A stretch of DNA of 64,000 nucleotides from Acidobacteriota bacterium (GCA_963664705.1 OY761556.1:6688001-6752000); one strand, 5' to 3'; counted from the stretch's first letter, positions 38,368 through 49,492 are shown. Notes: generated by a model from the letters alone, not told the origin. Translations and numbers: made by a program.

Positions 38368-39651
38368 TCAAAATGTTTCGGTCCCGAAATAGTATCTTGC
38401 AAGCTCGAGGAGGCGAAGGATTGGTCCGCCAACGACAATTTGGCCGATTTTTAAATCCCTGAGAAGCTTTTCAATCTGTCCTTCTCTTGAATAGCCATAA
38501 GAACCCATGAGCTCGAGTGAACGGCTCACGGTATCCCAGCCAAGTTCTCCGACGACATTCTGAACGGCACTGGCTAATGCTACGCATTTCTCTTCCCAGG
38601 GGAAACCGTATACATCGGGATGGTCCATTCTTGCAGCCGCCTCATAGAAAAATCCTTCAGCCGCAAGGATGTTCTGAGCGATGCGTCCCAACTCATGTGC
38701 AATCGCTCCGTGCTCCTTCATAGGCCTGCCTGCAATCTCGCGATTGTTCACGTAATCTCGCACTAGCTCGTAAGCTCGCTTCATAATGCCAAGCGGGAAT
38801 GCGGCGGACGTAAGGCGGCCTATGGTGATGTTTGCCAAAACCGATTTCAAATCGTCTTCAGGATCCTGCTGAGCTCGGTTTTCCTTCGGGACCCTGACGT
38901 TTTCAAACCAAATGTCGCCGTTCGTATCGATCGCTGCGCCCATTTTTCGGTACGGTTTGCCCGTAGATACCCCGGGCGCATCGGCTGGAACGAAAATCTG
39001 TGCGATGTTTTTCGGGAACTCTTCGCCTTCTACCGAACAGAGCACTCGAAACCACTTCGCTTCCCTGAAACCGGATGGCCATAGCTTATGCCCATTGATT
39101 ACCCATTCGTTTCCTTCCAGGCGAGCGCGCGTCCGGATCTGACTCCCTTTCAATTTCACATCTTCAACCGATCCTCCTGCATGCGGCTCGGTAATGGCGC
39201 TTGCGATGATGAATACTTCATTCCCGAGCAACATGGGTCCGAACTTATTGAGAAGGGATTCATTTAGCTTGGGAAGGGATAAGGCTGCAATGGACCATGG
39301 GCTGATGAAGCCTGTACTGGCAAGGCCATAGTCGCCTCGCGCAACTTCCTGGATCATCGCACCCATTTCGACGGTCGACTGGCCCCCCGATCCCCCGAAT
39401 TCCCCCGGCAGGAAGAGTTTCTGCAGGCCTAGATCGATAAGCAGTTTCTTCCATAAATCATGAACGAAAGTGTGTTCCTTTCTTTCAGTCCAATCCCAAT
39501 AATCATCCAGTTCCTCAACATGAGGCAAGACTTCATTGTCTACAAACTTCCTCAGGGTTTTACAAAACAGATGTACTTCTGCCGATATCAGATGAGTGGG
39601 TTTTATGAAGTCATCGATGCTTCTGATCTGCGATTGTGTCGGCGTTTTCAT
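38368..39651 (-). CDS. Acyl-CoA dehydrogenase family flavoprotein
   Basis: AITEPHAGG, WVINGHKLW, KMG, FENVRVP, GSYGYSRE..IEKLLRD. Confidence 0.9.
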   Translation of the reverse strand: MKTPTQSQIRSIDDFIKPTHLISAEVHLFCKTLRKFVDNEVLPHVEELDDYWDWTERKEHTFVHDLWKKLLIDLGLQKLFLPGEFGGSGGQSTVEMGAMIQEVARGDYGLASTGFISPWSIAALSLPKLNESLLNKFGPMLLGNEVFIIASAITEPHAGGSVEDVKLKGSQIRTRARLEGNEWVINGHKLWPSGFREAKWFRVLCSVEGEEFPKNIAQIFVPADAPGVSTGKPYRKMGAAIDTNGDIWFENVRVPKENRAQQDPEDDLKSVLANITIGRLTSAAFPLGIMKRAYELVRDYVNNREIAGRPMKEHGAIAHELGRIAQNILAAEGFFYEAAARMDHPDVYGFPWEEKCVALASAVQNVVGELGWDTVSRSLELMGSYGYSREGQIEKLLRDLKIGQIVVGGPILRLLELARYYFGTETF

Positions 39652-39701
39652 GCAGGGACTCCTTTAGTATTGCCCGATGCTTGCTGGAAATGGGCGAAGC
39701 C

Positions 39702-40814
39702 TTATGGCACAGTCACTTGTTTTGCTGGAACCGCACGGATTACATTGATTGTCGCAACCGATTTGACCCATCGCTCCGCAATGGTGTCATTTCCGACTAT
39801 GAGCTTGAAATTGCCTTGTTCTTTAAGGGGCTGACCATTGCAGCGATCGGCAACCAAAATCGGCGGTGGCTGTCCCGCAGAGAAGAGCTCGGCGCTCGAT
39901 ATGGAAGCGCGGAATCCATCAGCTGCTGAAACAACATATCCGACATCAGGCCCAGATGCTGCTTTGGATTCAGCGAGTATGTCTGTGAGCAGAGCGCCCT
40001 CGCACTTAACCTCGCCGTGATACCCCATGGCATCGCTGACCTCGAGGGCGCGTACCTCATGGCGTGGATAAGAGCTCAGGTTCCGTATCGTTGCTATACT
40101 GGCCGCGCCTTCGCGGATTTCAATTTCTCCGGATACGGCCGGCTGCGATTTTGATTTTGGCTGAGATGCCGGCGAATACAGCTCTGCTACTTCTATGCTT
40201 GTTACTCCTTCAAGACTTCGGTCCGCATCGAAATCGCGCGCAGCAATAAGCCGGGGAAAGGCTTGCTTCCGGTTGAGCACAGATCGCCATTGGTGGTCAC
40301 CTCTGTCCTTATGGCACGAATCGCAGCCTCTCTTTGGTATCACCGGTTCAGCATCGAAAGCCAAAACCACATCGCCGGGTGCGCGGAAAAGCAGTTCTCC
40401 ATAGGAAAACAGAACTCGTTTGCCCGAATCATTTTGAACAATAATTGCCAGGTCGGTTGGGCGCATGAAACTACTGGACTCTTTCCTTGGACCTGCCATT
40501 GAAATCAGAGTTACCAGCGGAACGCCGCGGAATTCAAAATCACCGAAGAAACCCTCGGCACGGTGATCGACACGACGGACTGAAACGGAGCCAAATGTCC
40601 TGAGATCGCGAACTCCCAGGCGCAACGACTGACGAACAAGTCCGGAGATACTAACTAGTCCCTGCGATTTGGCATCAGCGTTGTTTTGCTTACTGTTTGG
40701 AGCCCCCCCAGTGGGGGCTTGTGCACTATTGCCCGAAATTAGTCCACCCGCAATTACCAAAACCATAAGTCCCAAGATGACCAGGTACGTCGTTCTCTGT
40801 CGAGCTGAGATCAT
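39702..40814 (-). CDS. Membrane-anchored tandem sulfite-oxidase-fold (molybdopterin-binding-like) protein with CxxCH
   Basis: N-terminal TM; ISGLV, FRGVPL..L, FSYGEL, PRL; second unit AADGFRASIS.AEL, LIV..D..AERWVK.V; CDSCH. Confidence 0.65.
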   Translation of the reverse strand: MISARQRTTYLVILGLMVLVIAGGLISGNSAQAPTGGAPNSKQNNADAKSQGLVSISGLVRQSLRLGVRDLRTFGSVSVRRVDHRAEGFFGDFEFRGVPLVTLISMAGPRKESSSFMRPTDLAIIVQNDSGKRVLFSYGELLFRAPGDVVLAFDAEPVIPKRGCDSCHKDRGDHQWRSVLNRKQAFPRLIAARDFDADRSLEGVTSIEVAELYSPASQPKSKSQPAVSGEIEIREGAASIATIRNLSSYPRHEVRALEVSDAMGYHGEVKCEGALLTDILAESKAASGPDVGYVVSAADGFRASISSAELFSAGQPPPILVADRCNGQPLKEQGNFKLIVGNDTIAERWVKSVATINVIRAVPAKQVTVP

Positions 40815-40892
40815 TATTTGTCCTCCCTGCCAATGCTTTTCATAATCACCCGGCGCATGCTTTCGCAGCTTCTCGTTTAATTTGCCATTCCT

Positions 40893-41705
40893 TTATGAAC
40901 AGTTGCTGCAAAGAAATATCTGAGGTTCCTTTCTCCCCGCAGTAATTCCGTGCAGCCACTCAATTATTTTTGCGATGTTCGGGTCTTTGAGTTCCCTGGC
41001 TCTTTGAGGGCAGATCTTCACACAGGCGCAGCACAAGATGCAGGTCTCAACATGAGTGCTCGATACCTCATTAACGCTTACTGAACCTGTCGGGCATGCG
41101 CCGGCACAAGCTCCACAGGCCGCGCAGCGATTGTTGTCCGTAGCAGGCGAGGCTTGCGGAAGCTCAGCATGCGCTCGGAATGGTTTGTTACCCGGTAACT
41201 TCAGAGTCCCGACATACCCGATGTCTTGGGTTTCTTCTAACAATTTGCGGACCGACTTGCCAAATTCGTGGGCGCGGTCAATGTCCGAGGCATCAGGACG
41301 TCCTTTGGCTAGAGGCGTTCCTTCGCTGGAAAACGAATGCTCCCCGATGAATGCGCTTCCGGCAATCGGCACGAAGCCGGCCGCTGTAGCAAAATCATTT
41401 AGTTCCAGCAGTGCATCCTCGAATTCTCTGTTGCCGTAGAGGACGACAAGGACGGCAGGATTTCCCCCAGATTTCAGGCCTTGAAATCGGTGAGCAGCAA
41501 TTTCCGGTATACGTCCGGCATAGACAGGTGCCCCAATCACAAGCAATTCATTGTTATTCAATTCCGGATAAGCGCGATCATTATTGGGAAGCGTCAAATC
41601 GATATGCCTGACGTCAGTGGAGATTTCCACCGCGATACTTTCGAGTATGGTCTTGGTCGTTTTGGTGGGCGAAAAGTAGACGAGCCTGACTGTTTTGATT
41701 TTCAC
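40893..41705 (-). CDS. Flavodoxin plus 2[4Fe-4S] ferredoxin fusion (EFR1-family ferrodoxin)
   Basis: YFSPTKTT, PVYAGRIP, YGNREFEDALLEL, CAACGACAGACP and CILCCACVKICP. Confidence 0.9.
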   Translation of the reverse strand: MKIKTVRLVYFSPTKTTKTILESIAVEISTDVRHIDLTLPNNDRAYPELNNNELLVIGAPVYAGRIPEIAAHRFQGLKSGGNPAVLVVLYGNREFEDALLELNDFATAAGFVPIAGSAFIGEHSFSSEGTPLAKGRPDASDIDRAHEFGKSVRKLLEETQDIGYVGTLKLPGNKPFRAHAELPQASPATDNNRCAACGACAGACPTGSVSVNEVSSTHVETCILCCACVKICPQRARELKDPNIAKIIEWLHGITAGRKEPQIFLCSNCS

Positions 41706-41982
41706 CGGGTCCTCTCTATTTGTTTCTGCGTTATCCCAAAGCCCTGTAGTAACTGCAAGCCTTCATTGCACGCCTATTGTCTCTTTATTTCAAGAATATG
41801 TTCACAATAGTTATCTCCGGCGGGGATCGATTTTCCGATCCGATATATCAAATTGGGATTCAGTTCCTCAACAATTTGCCGGCGAATATGGATTACAGAT
41901 TGCGTGGTAGTATGGATCAGGCAAATTGCAACAGATGAGCCGCGTTGTAGTCCGTCAACCGATCCAGATAAAGGGAGGATTA

Positions 41983-42765
41983 ATGGCGACGGTAAGTGAG
42001 TTCAACCGATTTGGGGAAGAGATTGAGAAATTGCTGCTGCTGCGGACGTCTCCGTTAGCAGTTAAAATGCTTGAAAGTAAATCCGATATTCCCGAGGGAG
42101 CAATCAGGCCGAAAACTGACCAGGGCTGTCACCTCGCTCAATGTCAGGCTTTTTCCTTGTCCAGAAAAAGGGGCGTTCCTATCGCCATGCTGAAAGAGGA
42201 TCACTGGTGCTGGGGTCCCCTGATCGCCTATGGATTGGTGGATCCGGCCATTGCTGAGAAGTTTCCTGAACTGAAAGATGCGATCAAGCAAATCCCTCTC
42301 ATCGAACAGGGAAAATACATCGGGATTGTTTCGGCTCCGCTGAAGACGGCCAGTTATGTGCCGGACGCCGTGCTGGTCTATTCCAATAATGCCCAGTTAA
42401 ACAACATTCTCTGGGCTCTGTCTTTTGGAGGTGAAGGACTTATTAATTCACCCATGTGTCCGATTACCTCCTGCGCTTTTTCTGTCGTGCCTGCCCTTTC
42501 GGGGCAATACTGCATCACGTTGCCGGATCCCGGAGAACTGGGACGGGCACAGGCTGGAGAGGATGAAATCATTTTCTCTTTACCAAAGGACAAGGTCGAA
42601 GGATTGGTATCTCAATTAAGGATGTTCGAAGCAAGAAAAATGGGATACAGGCATAATGCCCTTTGGGAAATAATGCCTGATTTCCCGAGGCCTGATTTCT
42701 ACAAGAAGTTTTATCGTGAGTGTGGATTGGAGGCGGACGATAAACCGACATGGCCCGCTCACTAG
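41983..42765 (+). CDS. DUF169 domain protein, cytoplasmic
   Basis: Paralogue of 37402-38268 (LLLRTSP.AVKMLE, H.AQCQAF, MLKEDHWC, LPDPGE); GGAGG RBS. Confidence 0.82.
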   Translation: MATVSEFNRFGEEIEKLLLLRTSPLAVKMLESKSDIPEGAIRPKTDQGCHLAQCQAFSLSRKRGVPIAMLKEDHWCWGPLIAYGLVDPAIAEKFPELKDAIKQIPLIEQGKYIGIVSAPLKTASYVPDAVLVYSNNAQLNNILWALSFGGEGLINSPMCPITSCAFSVVPALSGQYCITLPDPGELGRAQAGEDEIIFSLPKDKVEGLVSQLRMFEARKMGYRHNALWEIMPDFPRPDFYKKFYRECGLEADDKPTWPAH

Positions 42766-42808
42766 GCTGGCTCTGGTCAGCCTGATCAAACAAAGGAGAA
42801 ATTTAATA

Positions 42809-43111
42809 ATGAAAGCTTTTTGTTGCCTGCTAATAATCGCATTGCTTGCCGCTACGCCGATTTGTCTATGGTCGGAAGAAAACGGAGCCGCTCTTTATGA
42901 TTCCAAATGCTCCATGTGTCATGGCGAAAAGGGCGAAGGCAATCCTCCGAGCATTCCTAAACTCGCGGGAACATCCATGACCCTTGATCAATTGAGTACT
43001 TACCTCATCAAGGGGGACAGCACTAAAACCATCCATAAGGAACCAATCAGTGATCTCAACGCCGATCAAGCCAAAGTGATTGGGGAATTTATAAAAAAGA
43101 TGAAAAAGTAG
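42809..43111 (+). CDS. Small class I c-type cytochrome
   Basis: Signal peptide, G.ALYDSKCSMCHG..GEG; distal ligand possibly His (TIHK). Confidence 0.88.
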   Translation: MKAFCCLLIIALLAATPICLWSEENGAALYDSKCSMCHGEKGEGNPPSIPKLAGTSMTLDQLSTYLIKGDSTKTIHKEPISDLNADQAKVIGEFIKKMKK

Positions 43112-43121
43112 TCGGCATACA

Positions 43122-43155
43122 GTAGGGGCGCCCGGCTTGAGGTGCCCTACTTTAT
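43122..43155 (+). terminator. Putative intrinsic terminator
   Basis: gtaggggcgcc...ggtgccctac followed by tttat, after the cytochrome c gene. Confidence 0.5.
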
Positions 43156-43396
43156 CCCATTACGTAATCCACGATAATAGGTCTCGGAATTGTAGATAGC
43201 CGCCAGCGGATTGTGACCCAATCCCCTATCTTTCACGGTATACTCTCGGATATGCCAACAATATGAGTTGGCATTTTGCATGATTTCCCTTTAAGGCTCT
43301 ATTGTATTCTGCAGGATAACCCCCCCCCCCTCACCTTGTAGTTGCGGATTACTATTACATCCAACAAACAAGGAATCATTGCGGAGTTTACTGAGT

Positions 43397-43412
43397 TGGC
43401 ACGGGCAGTGCT
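43397..43412 (+). promoter_or_regulatory. Second, weaker sigma54-like site
   Basis: TGGCAC-GGGCA-GTGCT with correct GG-N10-GC spacing. Confidence 0.45.
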
Positions 43413-43603
43413 TATCTCTTCTATCAGGAAAATTCATAATACACAATAATGTATATAAATATAGATAGTAATACATATATGTAACATGTCAAAAGGCAAA
43501 GGGAAACCTGCACCTGCTGGATGGAAGCGCTCTGCTACCCGTGAATTCAAGGAATAATGCGGTTTTTCGCTGCAAAAGCCTGCATTCATGATCCAGGCAT
43601 TCC

Positions 43604-43619
43604 TGGCACGGTTATTGCA
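43604..43619 (+). promoter_or_regulatory. Sigma54 -24/-12 promoter
   Basis: TGGCAC-GGTTA-TTGCA, a full consensus match ~75 bp before ATG 43695. Confidence 0.8.
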
Positions 43620-43694
43620 TTTTCAAAATTGTGCAGTATTGAGTTGAAACGGCTCTCGGTCCTTGCGGAGGGGACGTCCGCGCGGAGGAATGCA

Positions 43695-45152
43695 ATGCAT
43701 TTTGATTCCTACCAGACTGAAGATTATCACGATGAAATGTTCCATGCCGACGGGACGGCACGACCTGAAGCCCGCCTGCTGCTTGAAGCTATTGAATCGC
43801 TCGATGACGGCCAACTGCTTCGCTACCAGCGTGCAGCCGAGCGATTGCTCTTGCAGATGGGGATCACCTTCAACGTGTATGGGGATTCGTCGGGAACGGA
43901 ACGGATCTTCCCTTTTGATATGATCCCTCGCATTGTTCGCGCAGATGAATGGCGCCGGATAGAACAGGGCCTCAAGCAGCGTATTCATGCCTTGAACGCT
44001 TTTATCAACGATATCTATCATGATCGCAACATTCTCAAGGACAAGGTCATCCCTGAAGACCTGATTCTTTCGGCGGCTTCCTATCGACCTCAGTGTTGTG
44101 GCATCGACCCGCCCCAAGGAGTCTGGTGCCACATCACCGGGACGGATCTGATCCGACACAGCGACGGTCAGGTTTACGTTCTCGAAGATAACCTGCGAGT
44201 TCCTTCCGGCGTTTCCTATGTCCTGGAAAACAGGAACATTATGAAGCGGACGTTTTCGCTGGTCTTTGAAGGGCTGAAGGTACGTCCCGTGGATACCTAT
44301 CCGGGGAAATTGCTGGAAACGCTGCAATCGCTCTCTCCCAGCAAAACCGGTGCTGATTCCACCGTTGTTGTATTAACGCCCGGAATGTTCAATGCCGCGT
44401 ACTTTGAGCACAGTTTTCTGGCAAGGCAGATGGGAATCCAGCTTGTCCAGGGCGAGGATTTGGTGGTCGAGGATGGATATGTCTGGATGCGCACGACGAA
44501 AGGTTTATGCAAGGTGGATGTCATTTATCGGCGCATTGATGATGATTTCCTTGATCCTATGGCGTTCCGATCCGATTCCCTCCTGGGTGTACCCGGCATC
44601 ATGCAGGCCTACCGTGCGGGACATGTCGCTCTGGCCAACGCTCCCGGGAACGGCATCGCCGACGACAAGGTGATCTACACCTATGTCCCGGATATGATCC
44701 GCTATTATGAAGGCGAAGATCCGATTCTCCCCAATGTTCCCACTTTTCTTTGCTGGAGAGACAACGAGCGCCAGCATGTCCTGCAAAACCTGGAAAAACT
44801 CGTCGTAAAGGCAGCGAATGAGGCCGGCGGATACGGGATGCTGGTCGGCCCGCATGCAACACCAGCACAGCGGGAGGCATTTGCGGCCAGGATTGTGGCA
44901 AACCCGCGGAACTACATTGCGCAGCCTACCCTGGCCCTCTCCCGTGTACCAACCTTGATTGAGGATCACCCGGAAGGGAGGCATGTCGACCTCCGGCCTT
45001 ACATCCTCTACGGCAGGGACATTACTGTTTTGCCCGGCGGGCTAACCCGTGTTGCGCTCCGGAAAGGATCTCTCGTCGTCAATTCTTCCCAAGGTGGAGG
45101 AAGCAAAGACACGTGGGTTCTTGCCGATTCAGAAAGGAGTCACGACCAATGA
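43695..45152 (+). CDS. Circularly permuted type 2 ATP-grasp protein
   Basis: [55 protein letters not shown]; GGAGG RBS. Confidence 0.95.
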   Translation: MHFDSYQTEDYHDEMFHADGTARPEARLLLEAIESLDDGQLLRYQRAAERLLLQMGITFNVYGDSSGTERIFPFDMIPRIVRADEWRRIEQGLKQRIHALNAFINDIYHDRNILKDKVIPEDLILSAASYRPQCCGIDPPQGVWCHITGTDLIRHSDGQVYVLEDNLRVPSGVSYVLENRNIMKRTFSLVFEGLKVRPVDTYPGKLLETLQSLSPSKTGADSTVVVLTPGMFNAAYFEHSFLARQMGIQLVQGEDLVVEDGYVWMRTTKGLCKVDVIYRRIDDDFLDPMAFRSDSLLGVPGIMQAYRAGHVALANAPGNGIADDKVIYTYVPDMIRYYEGEDPILPNVPTFLCWRDNERQHVLQNLEKLVVKAANEAGGYGMLVGPHATPAQREAFAARIVANPRNYIAQPTLALSRVPTLIEDHPEGRHVDLRPYILYGRDITVLPGGLTRVALRKGSLVVNSSQGGGSKDTWVLADSERSHDQ

Positions 45153-46147
45153 TCGGCAACCGGCCTTTGCTCAGCAGGGTGGCGGATTCCGTGTATTGGA
45201 TGGCTCGCTACATCGAGCGAGCGGAGAATGTCGCCCGATTTATTGGCGTCAATCTGCACTTGCAGCTGGACCTTCCGCAGGAATTCGCACATCAGTGGCA
45301 GCCACTGATTGATACCAGCGGCGATTCGACTCTATTCCTGGAAAACTACGGCATTCCTACCAGGGAGAATGTCATCAAGTTTCTAACGCTGGATCCAGCC
45401 AACCCGAACTCGATCTATTCCAGCCTTCGTGCCGCGAGGGAAAACGCACGCTCGATTCGCGAAACCATTTCATCGGAAATGTGGGAACAGATTAACGATA
45501 TTTACCTGCAGATACTCTCGCAGCAAACAATGCCTGAGGCGGAGCATCTTCTTGAGATGCTCCGGAGCGTGAGAATTGCCGGCCACCTGTTCCAGGGGCT
45601 TACCGATGCAACCATGAGCCACAATGAAGCATGGCATTTTTTGCGCCTCGGCCGAACTTTGGAACGCGCTGACAAGACATCCCGAATTCTCGATGTAAAA
45701 TATTTCATCCTGCTCCCTTCCATTGGAACCGTCGGAACTCCCTACGACGATCTGCATTGGGCAGCTGTCTTGAAATCCGTTAGCGGATTTGAAATGTATC
45801 GCAAGAAGCATGGACAGATCTCACCCCGAGACATTGTGGCGTTTTTGATCATGGATCGGGAGTTCCCTCGTGCGATCCATCATTGCATGCAAATATCCGA
45901 TGAATCTCTGCACGCAATAACGGGAACGCCTTTCGGTTCCTTCCGATACAAATCCGAACAGATGCTGGGTCGATTACGGGCCCAGCTCAATTTCACTACC
46001 GTGGATCAGGTACTTCGCGAAGGACTGCATGAATTCATTGACCGGCTGCAGGAGAGCATTAATGACATCGGCAACAGCCTGCATGCGGATTTCTTTTCCG
46101 GGCACCAGTTCGCAAAAGTTGCGGCAAGCGGGGAGTTTCAGAAATGA
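45149..46147 (+). CDS. Alpha-E domain protein
   Basis: [42 protein letters not shown]. Confidence 0.95.
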   Translation: MIGNRPLLSRVADSVYWMARYIERAENVARFIGVNLHLQLDLPQEFAHQWQPLIDTSGDSTLFLENYGIPTRENVIKFLTLDPANPNSIYSSLRAARENARSIRETISSEMWEQINDIYLQILSQQTMPEAEHLLEMLRSVRIAGHLFQGLTDATMSHNEAWHFLRLGRTLERADKTSRILDVKYFILLPSIGTVGTPYDDLHWAAVLKSVSGFEMYRKKHGQISPRDIVAFLIMDREFPRAIHHCMQISDESLHAITGTPFGSFRYKSEQMLGRLRAQLNFTTVDQVLREGLHEFIDRLQESINDIGNSLHADFFSGHQFAKVAASGEFQK

Positions 46148-49100
46148 GTATTCGTGTTGCACTGTATCACAAGACAATTTACGAGTACGACCGGATGGTT
46201 TTGCTTGGGCCGCAGACCGTTCGCCTGCGGCCGGCCCTGCACGGGCGTACTCCGATAACCGGATATTCCTTCCGGGCCGAACCGAAAAGCCACTTCATCA
46301 ACTGGCAACAGGATCCACAGGGTAATTTTCTTGCTCGCCTGGTATTCCCGAATCCAACCAGTCTGTTTTCTGTTGAAGTGGATCTCATCGCGGACATGAC
46401 AGTCGTAAATCCGTTCGACTTCTTCCTTGATCCCTGCGCCGAAGTCTACCCATTCCGTTATGAGCCCTACCTTGAACGCGAATTGAGGCCCTATCTGGAG
46501 ACAACCCCCGCGGGGAAAATCCTGCAAAGATTTGTTCAAAACATCGCACCGCAGGCAGGGAACACGATCGAATTTCTCGTAGACCTCAACCGTCGTGTAC
46601 AGGAGGAAATTCGTTATGTCATCCGTCTCGAAGCGGGTGTTCAGTCGCCGGAAGAAACGCTTGCGCTGAAAAGCGGCTCCTGCCGGGACTCGGGCTGGCT
46701 TTTGACGCAGATCCTGCGACGGCTGGGGCTTGCCGCCCGTTTCGTCTCAGGGTATCTGATTCAGTTGAAGCCGGATGTGAAGCCGATCGAAGGTCCGGCC
46801 GGCACTGAGACAGATTTTACCGATCTGCATGCATGGACCGAAGTGTATCTGCCTGGGGCCGGTTGGGTCGGACTGGATCCCACCTCGGGCCTGCTTGCGG
46901 CTGAAGGGCATATTCCCCTCGCGGCAACACCCGAGCCCCATTCGGCAGCTCCGGTCAGCGGAATGATCGGCGAGTGCGAAGTCGCGTTTCGCCATGAAAT
47001 GCGGGTCACCCGCATTCATGAAGATCCGCGCGTTACCAAGCCGTATTCTGATGAACAATGGGCGGGCATTCTCTCTCTGGGAGATCAGGTGGATGCCGAC
47101 CTCGCGAACGAAGATGTCCGGTTGACCGTAGGAGGAGAGCCCACCTTTGTTTCCATTGATGACATGGAGGGGGCAGAGTGGAATACGGCCGCACTGGGCG
47201 CGGATAAGCAAAAACTGTCTGCGAACTTGCTGCTTAGATTAAGAGATGCCTTCGGGCCCAGGGGATTGCTGCATTTCGGACAGGGGAAATGGTATCCCGG
47301 TGAATCGTTGCCCCGATGGGCATTCAGTTGCTACTGGCGGAATGATGGCCTGCCGCTTTGGCGTAATCCTCGTCTGATCGCGGATCCGGCGCTTGATTAT
47401 GGCGCCGGCGATGATGAATCGCGCCGATTTGCGCTGGAGCTGTCCGCCCGCATGGGCATTGAATCCAGATATGTCATTGATGCATTTGAAGACCCATGGA
47501 TCTACCTGCAAAAGGAGCAGCAGCTTCCAATCAATGTTGACTGGAGCGACAGCAAGCTTGACGACCCTGAGGAACGGGAGCGAATTCGCCGTATCCTCCA
47601 CCATGGGCTCGGCAAGCCGGTCGGCTTTGTTCTTCCCTTAAGAAAGGGAGCAGGCCAATCCGGGCCGGAGTGGCAATCGGGACCGTGGCGATTGCGCTCC
47701 GGAAGGCTATTTCTGCTGCCGGGAGATTCCCCGATTGGATTTCGTCTCCCCCTGTCATCCCTACCCTGGGTCCCGGATTTGGCGGAAGAGAGAATTATTC
47801 CTGCCGACCCAATGCTTCCCAGAAGTCCACTGCCACCGCCTCGCCCTCCAGGGAGCCCGTTCCCCTTGCAGGAACAGAGAATCTATCGTGGCGACCCTGC
47901 ACAGTCCGAACCATCCTCCTGCTCTGAAAACCCGGTTATCCGGACCGCTCTCGCCGTTGAGTCGCGAGAGGGCAAGGTATGTGTGTTTATGCCTCCTACC
48001 GGACATGTCGAGGATTATCTGGAATTGACGGCCCTGGTAGAGGAAACGGCTGCCGCCCTCAATATGCCTGTTTTGATTGAAGGGTATCCGCCCCCGTATG
48101 ATCCCCGGCTGCGCAACCTCAAGGTGACGCCCGATCCCGGCGTAATTGAAGTAAACATCCATCCTGCGACAAGCTGGAGGGAATCGGTCGGAATAACCAC
48201 AATCTTGTATGAGCAGGCTCGATTGTGTCGCCTCGGTACCGAGAAGTTCATGCTGGATGGCCACCATAGAGGCACCGGCGGCGGCAATCATATGGTCCTT
48301 GGAGGGCCGACGCCGGCGGAAAGTCCCTTTTTGCGAAGACCCGATCTTCTCAGAAGCTTCCTCTGCTATTGGCTGAATCACCCATCGCTGTCATACCTTT
48401 TTTCCAGTGTCTTCGTGGGCCCCACAAGCCAGGCATGTCGTGTGGATGAGACTCGACCCGATTCGGTCTATGAACTGGAAATAGCATTCCGCCGCCTCCA
48501 CGATTCCCAAAATGGAAATTTTGCAGCCTGGATGGTTGATCGATTCTTTCGAGATCTCCTGGTGGATTCGGCGGGCAACACGCACCGGTCGGAATTCTGC
48601 ATTGACAAGCTTTACTCTCCGGACACTTCCTCAGGCCGGCTGGGATTGGTCGAACTGCGCTGTTTCGAGATGCCTCCGGACGCCCGGATGAGCTTGGCCC
48701 AACTGCTGCTGGTTCGAGCTCTCATCGCTGCATTCTGGCGTTCGCCTTATTTGGAAGCGCCTGTTCGCTGGGGAACTCGGCTGCATGATCTCTTTATGCT
48801 TCCCTACTACGTTGCCCGGGACTTTCAGTCAGTCATCACGGATTTGCGGAACGCGGGATATCCATTCGATCCGAGCTGGTATGCCCCTCATATGGAATTC
48901 CGTTTCCCAATCTACGGCAAGGTATGCTACGAGGGAATTGAGCTGGAATTACGGCAGGCGATTGAACCATGGTATGTTTTGGGCGAAGAACCAGGGATGG
49001 GCGGGACAAGCCGCTACGTAGACTCTTCGCTCGAAAGACTGCAGTTGCTGGTGCGCGGTCTATTGCCGGAACGATATGCCGTAGCCTGCAACGGAAGGCG

Positions 49101-49470
49101 CTTGCCGCTGCATCCAACCGGGAAAAATGGCGAATATGTTTGTGGAGTGCGCTATCGCGCATGGCAACCTGCCCGCTGCCTTCACCCCACAATTCCAGTT
49201 CACACTCCGCTCCTTTTTGACGTTATTGAAATAGCTGCAGCGAAAGCAATCGGCGGTTGTACTTACCATGTCGCGCACCCGGGTGGGCGCAATTACGAAT
49301 CGCTCCCTGTTAATTCAAACGAAGCGGAGGCGCGTCGTGCGGCCCGCTTCTTTCCTTTCGGCCACACTCCCGGAACTTTCATGACACCACCCAAAGAGGA
49401 AAACCCGGAGTTCCCATCGACATTGGATCTCCGTACGCTTGCGCCGGAAGGATTGAAACTGTATTCTTAG
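46144..49470 (+). CDS. Transglutaminase domain plus DUF2126 (putative amidoligase) fusion
   Basis: GSCRDS, DLHAW.E, GLDPT triad; GGEPTFVS, TPDPGVIEVN, GTGGGNH, HRSEFCIDKL, ELR.FEMPP. Confidence 0.93.
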   Translation: MSIRVALYHKTIYEYDRMVLLGPQTVRLRPALHGRTPITGYSFRAEPKSHFINWQQDPQGNFLARLVFPNPTSLFSVEVDLIADMTVVNPFDFFLDPCAEVYPFRYEPYLERELRPYLETTPAGKILQRFVQNIAPQAGNTIEFLVDLNRRVQEEIRYVIRLEAGVQSPEETLALKSGSCRDSGWLLTQILRRLGLAARFVSGYLIQLKPDVKPIEGPAGTETDFTDLHAWTEVYLPGAGWVGLDPTSGLLAAEGHIPLAATPEPHSAAPVSGMIGECEVAFRHEMRVTRIHEDPRVTKPYSDEQWAGILSLGDQVDADLANEDVRLTVGGEPTFVSIDDMEGAEWNTAALGADKQKLSANLLLRLRDAFGPRGLLHFGQGKWYPGESLPRWAFSCYWRNDGLPLWRNPRLIADPALDYGAGDDESRRFALELSARMGIESRYVIDAFEDPWIYLQKEQQLPINVDWSDSKLDDPEERERIRRILHHGLGKPVGFVLPLRKGAGQSGPEWQSGPWRLRSGRLFLLPGDSPIGFRLPLSSLPWVPDLAEERIIPADPMLPRSPLPPPRPPGSPFPLQEQRIYRGDPAQSEPSSCSENPVIRTALAVESREGKVCVFMPPTGHVEDYLELTALVEETAAALNMPVLIEGYPPPYDPRLRNLKVTPDPGVIEVNIHPATSWRESVGITTILYEQARLCRLGTEKFMLDGHHRGTGGGNHMVLGGPTPAESPFLRRPDLLRSFLCYWLNHPSLSYLFSSVFVGPTSQACRVDETRPDSVYELEIAFRRLHDSQNGNFAAWMVDRFFRDLLVDSAGNTHRSEFCIDKLYSPDTSSGRLGLVELRCFEMPPDARMSLAQLLLVRALIAAFWRSPYLEAPVRWGTRLHDLFMLPYYVARDFQSVITDLRNAGYPFDPSWYAPHMEFRFPIYGKVCYEGIELELRQAIEPWYVLGEEPGMGGTSRYVDSSLERLQLLVRGLLPERYAVACNGRRLPLHPTGKNGEYVCGVRYRAWQPARCLHPTIPVHTPLLFDVIEIAAAKAIGGCTYHVAHPGGRNYESLPVNSNEAEARRAARFFPFGHTPGTFMTPPKEENPEFPSTLDLRTLAPEGLKLYS

Positions 49471-49492
49471 CCAACATGGATTTAGGAATTCT

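Noticed and set aside
43320-43330. Poly-C(11) tract as a phase-variation switch
   Set aside because: It is intergenic and outside the promoter elements identified; there is no evidence of length variation and it could be a sequencing artefact.
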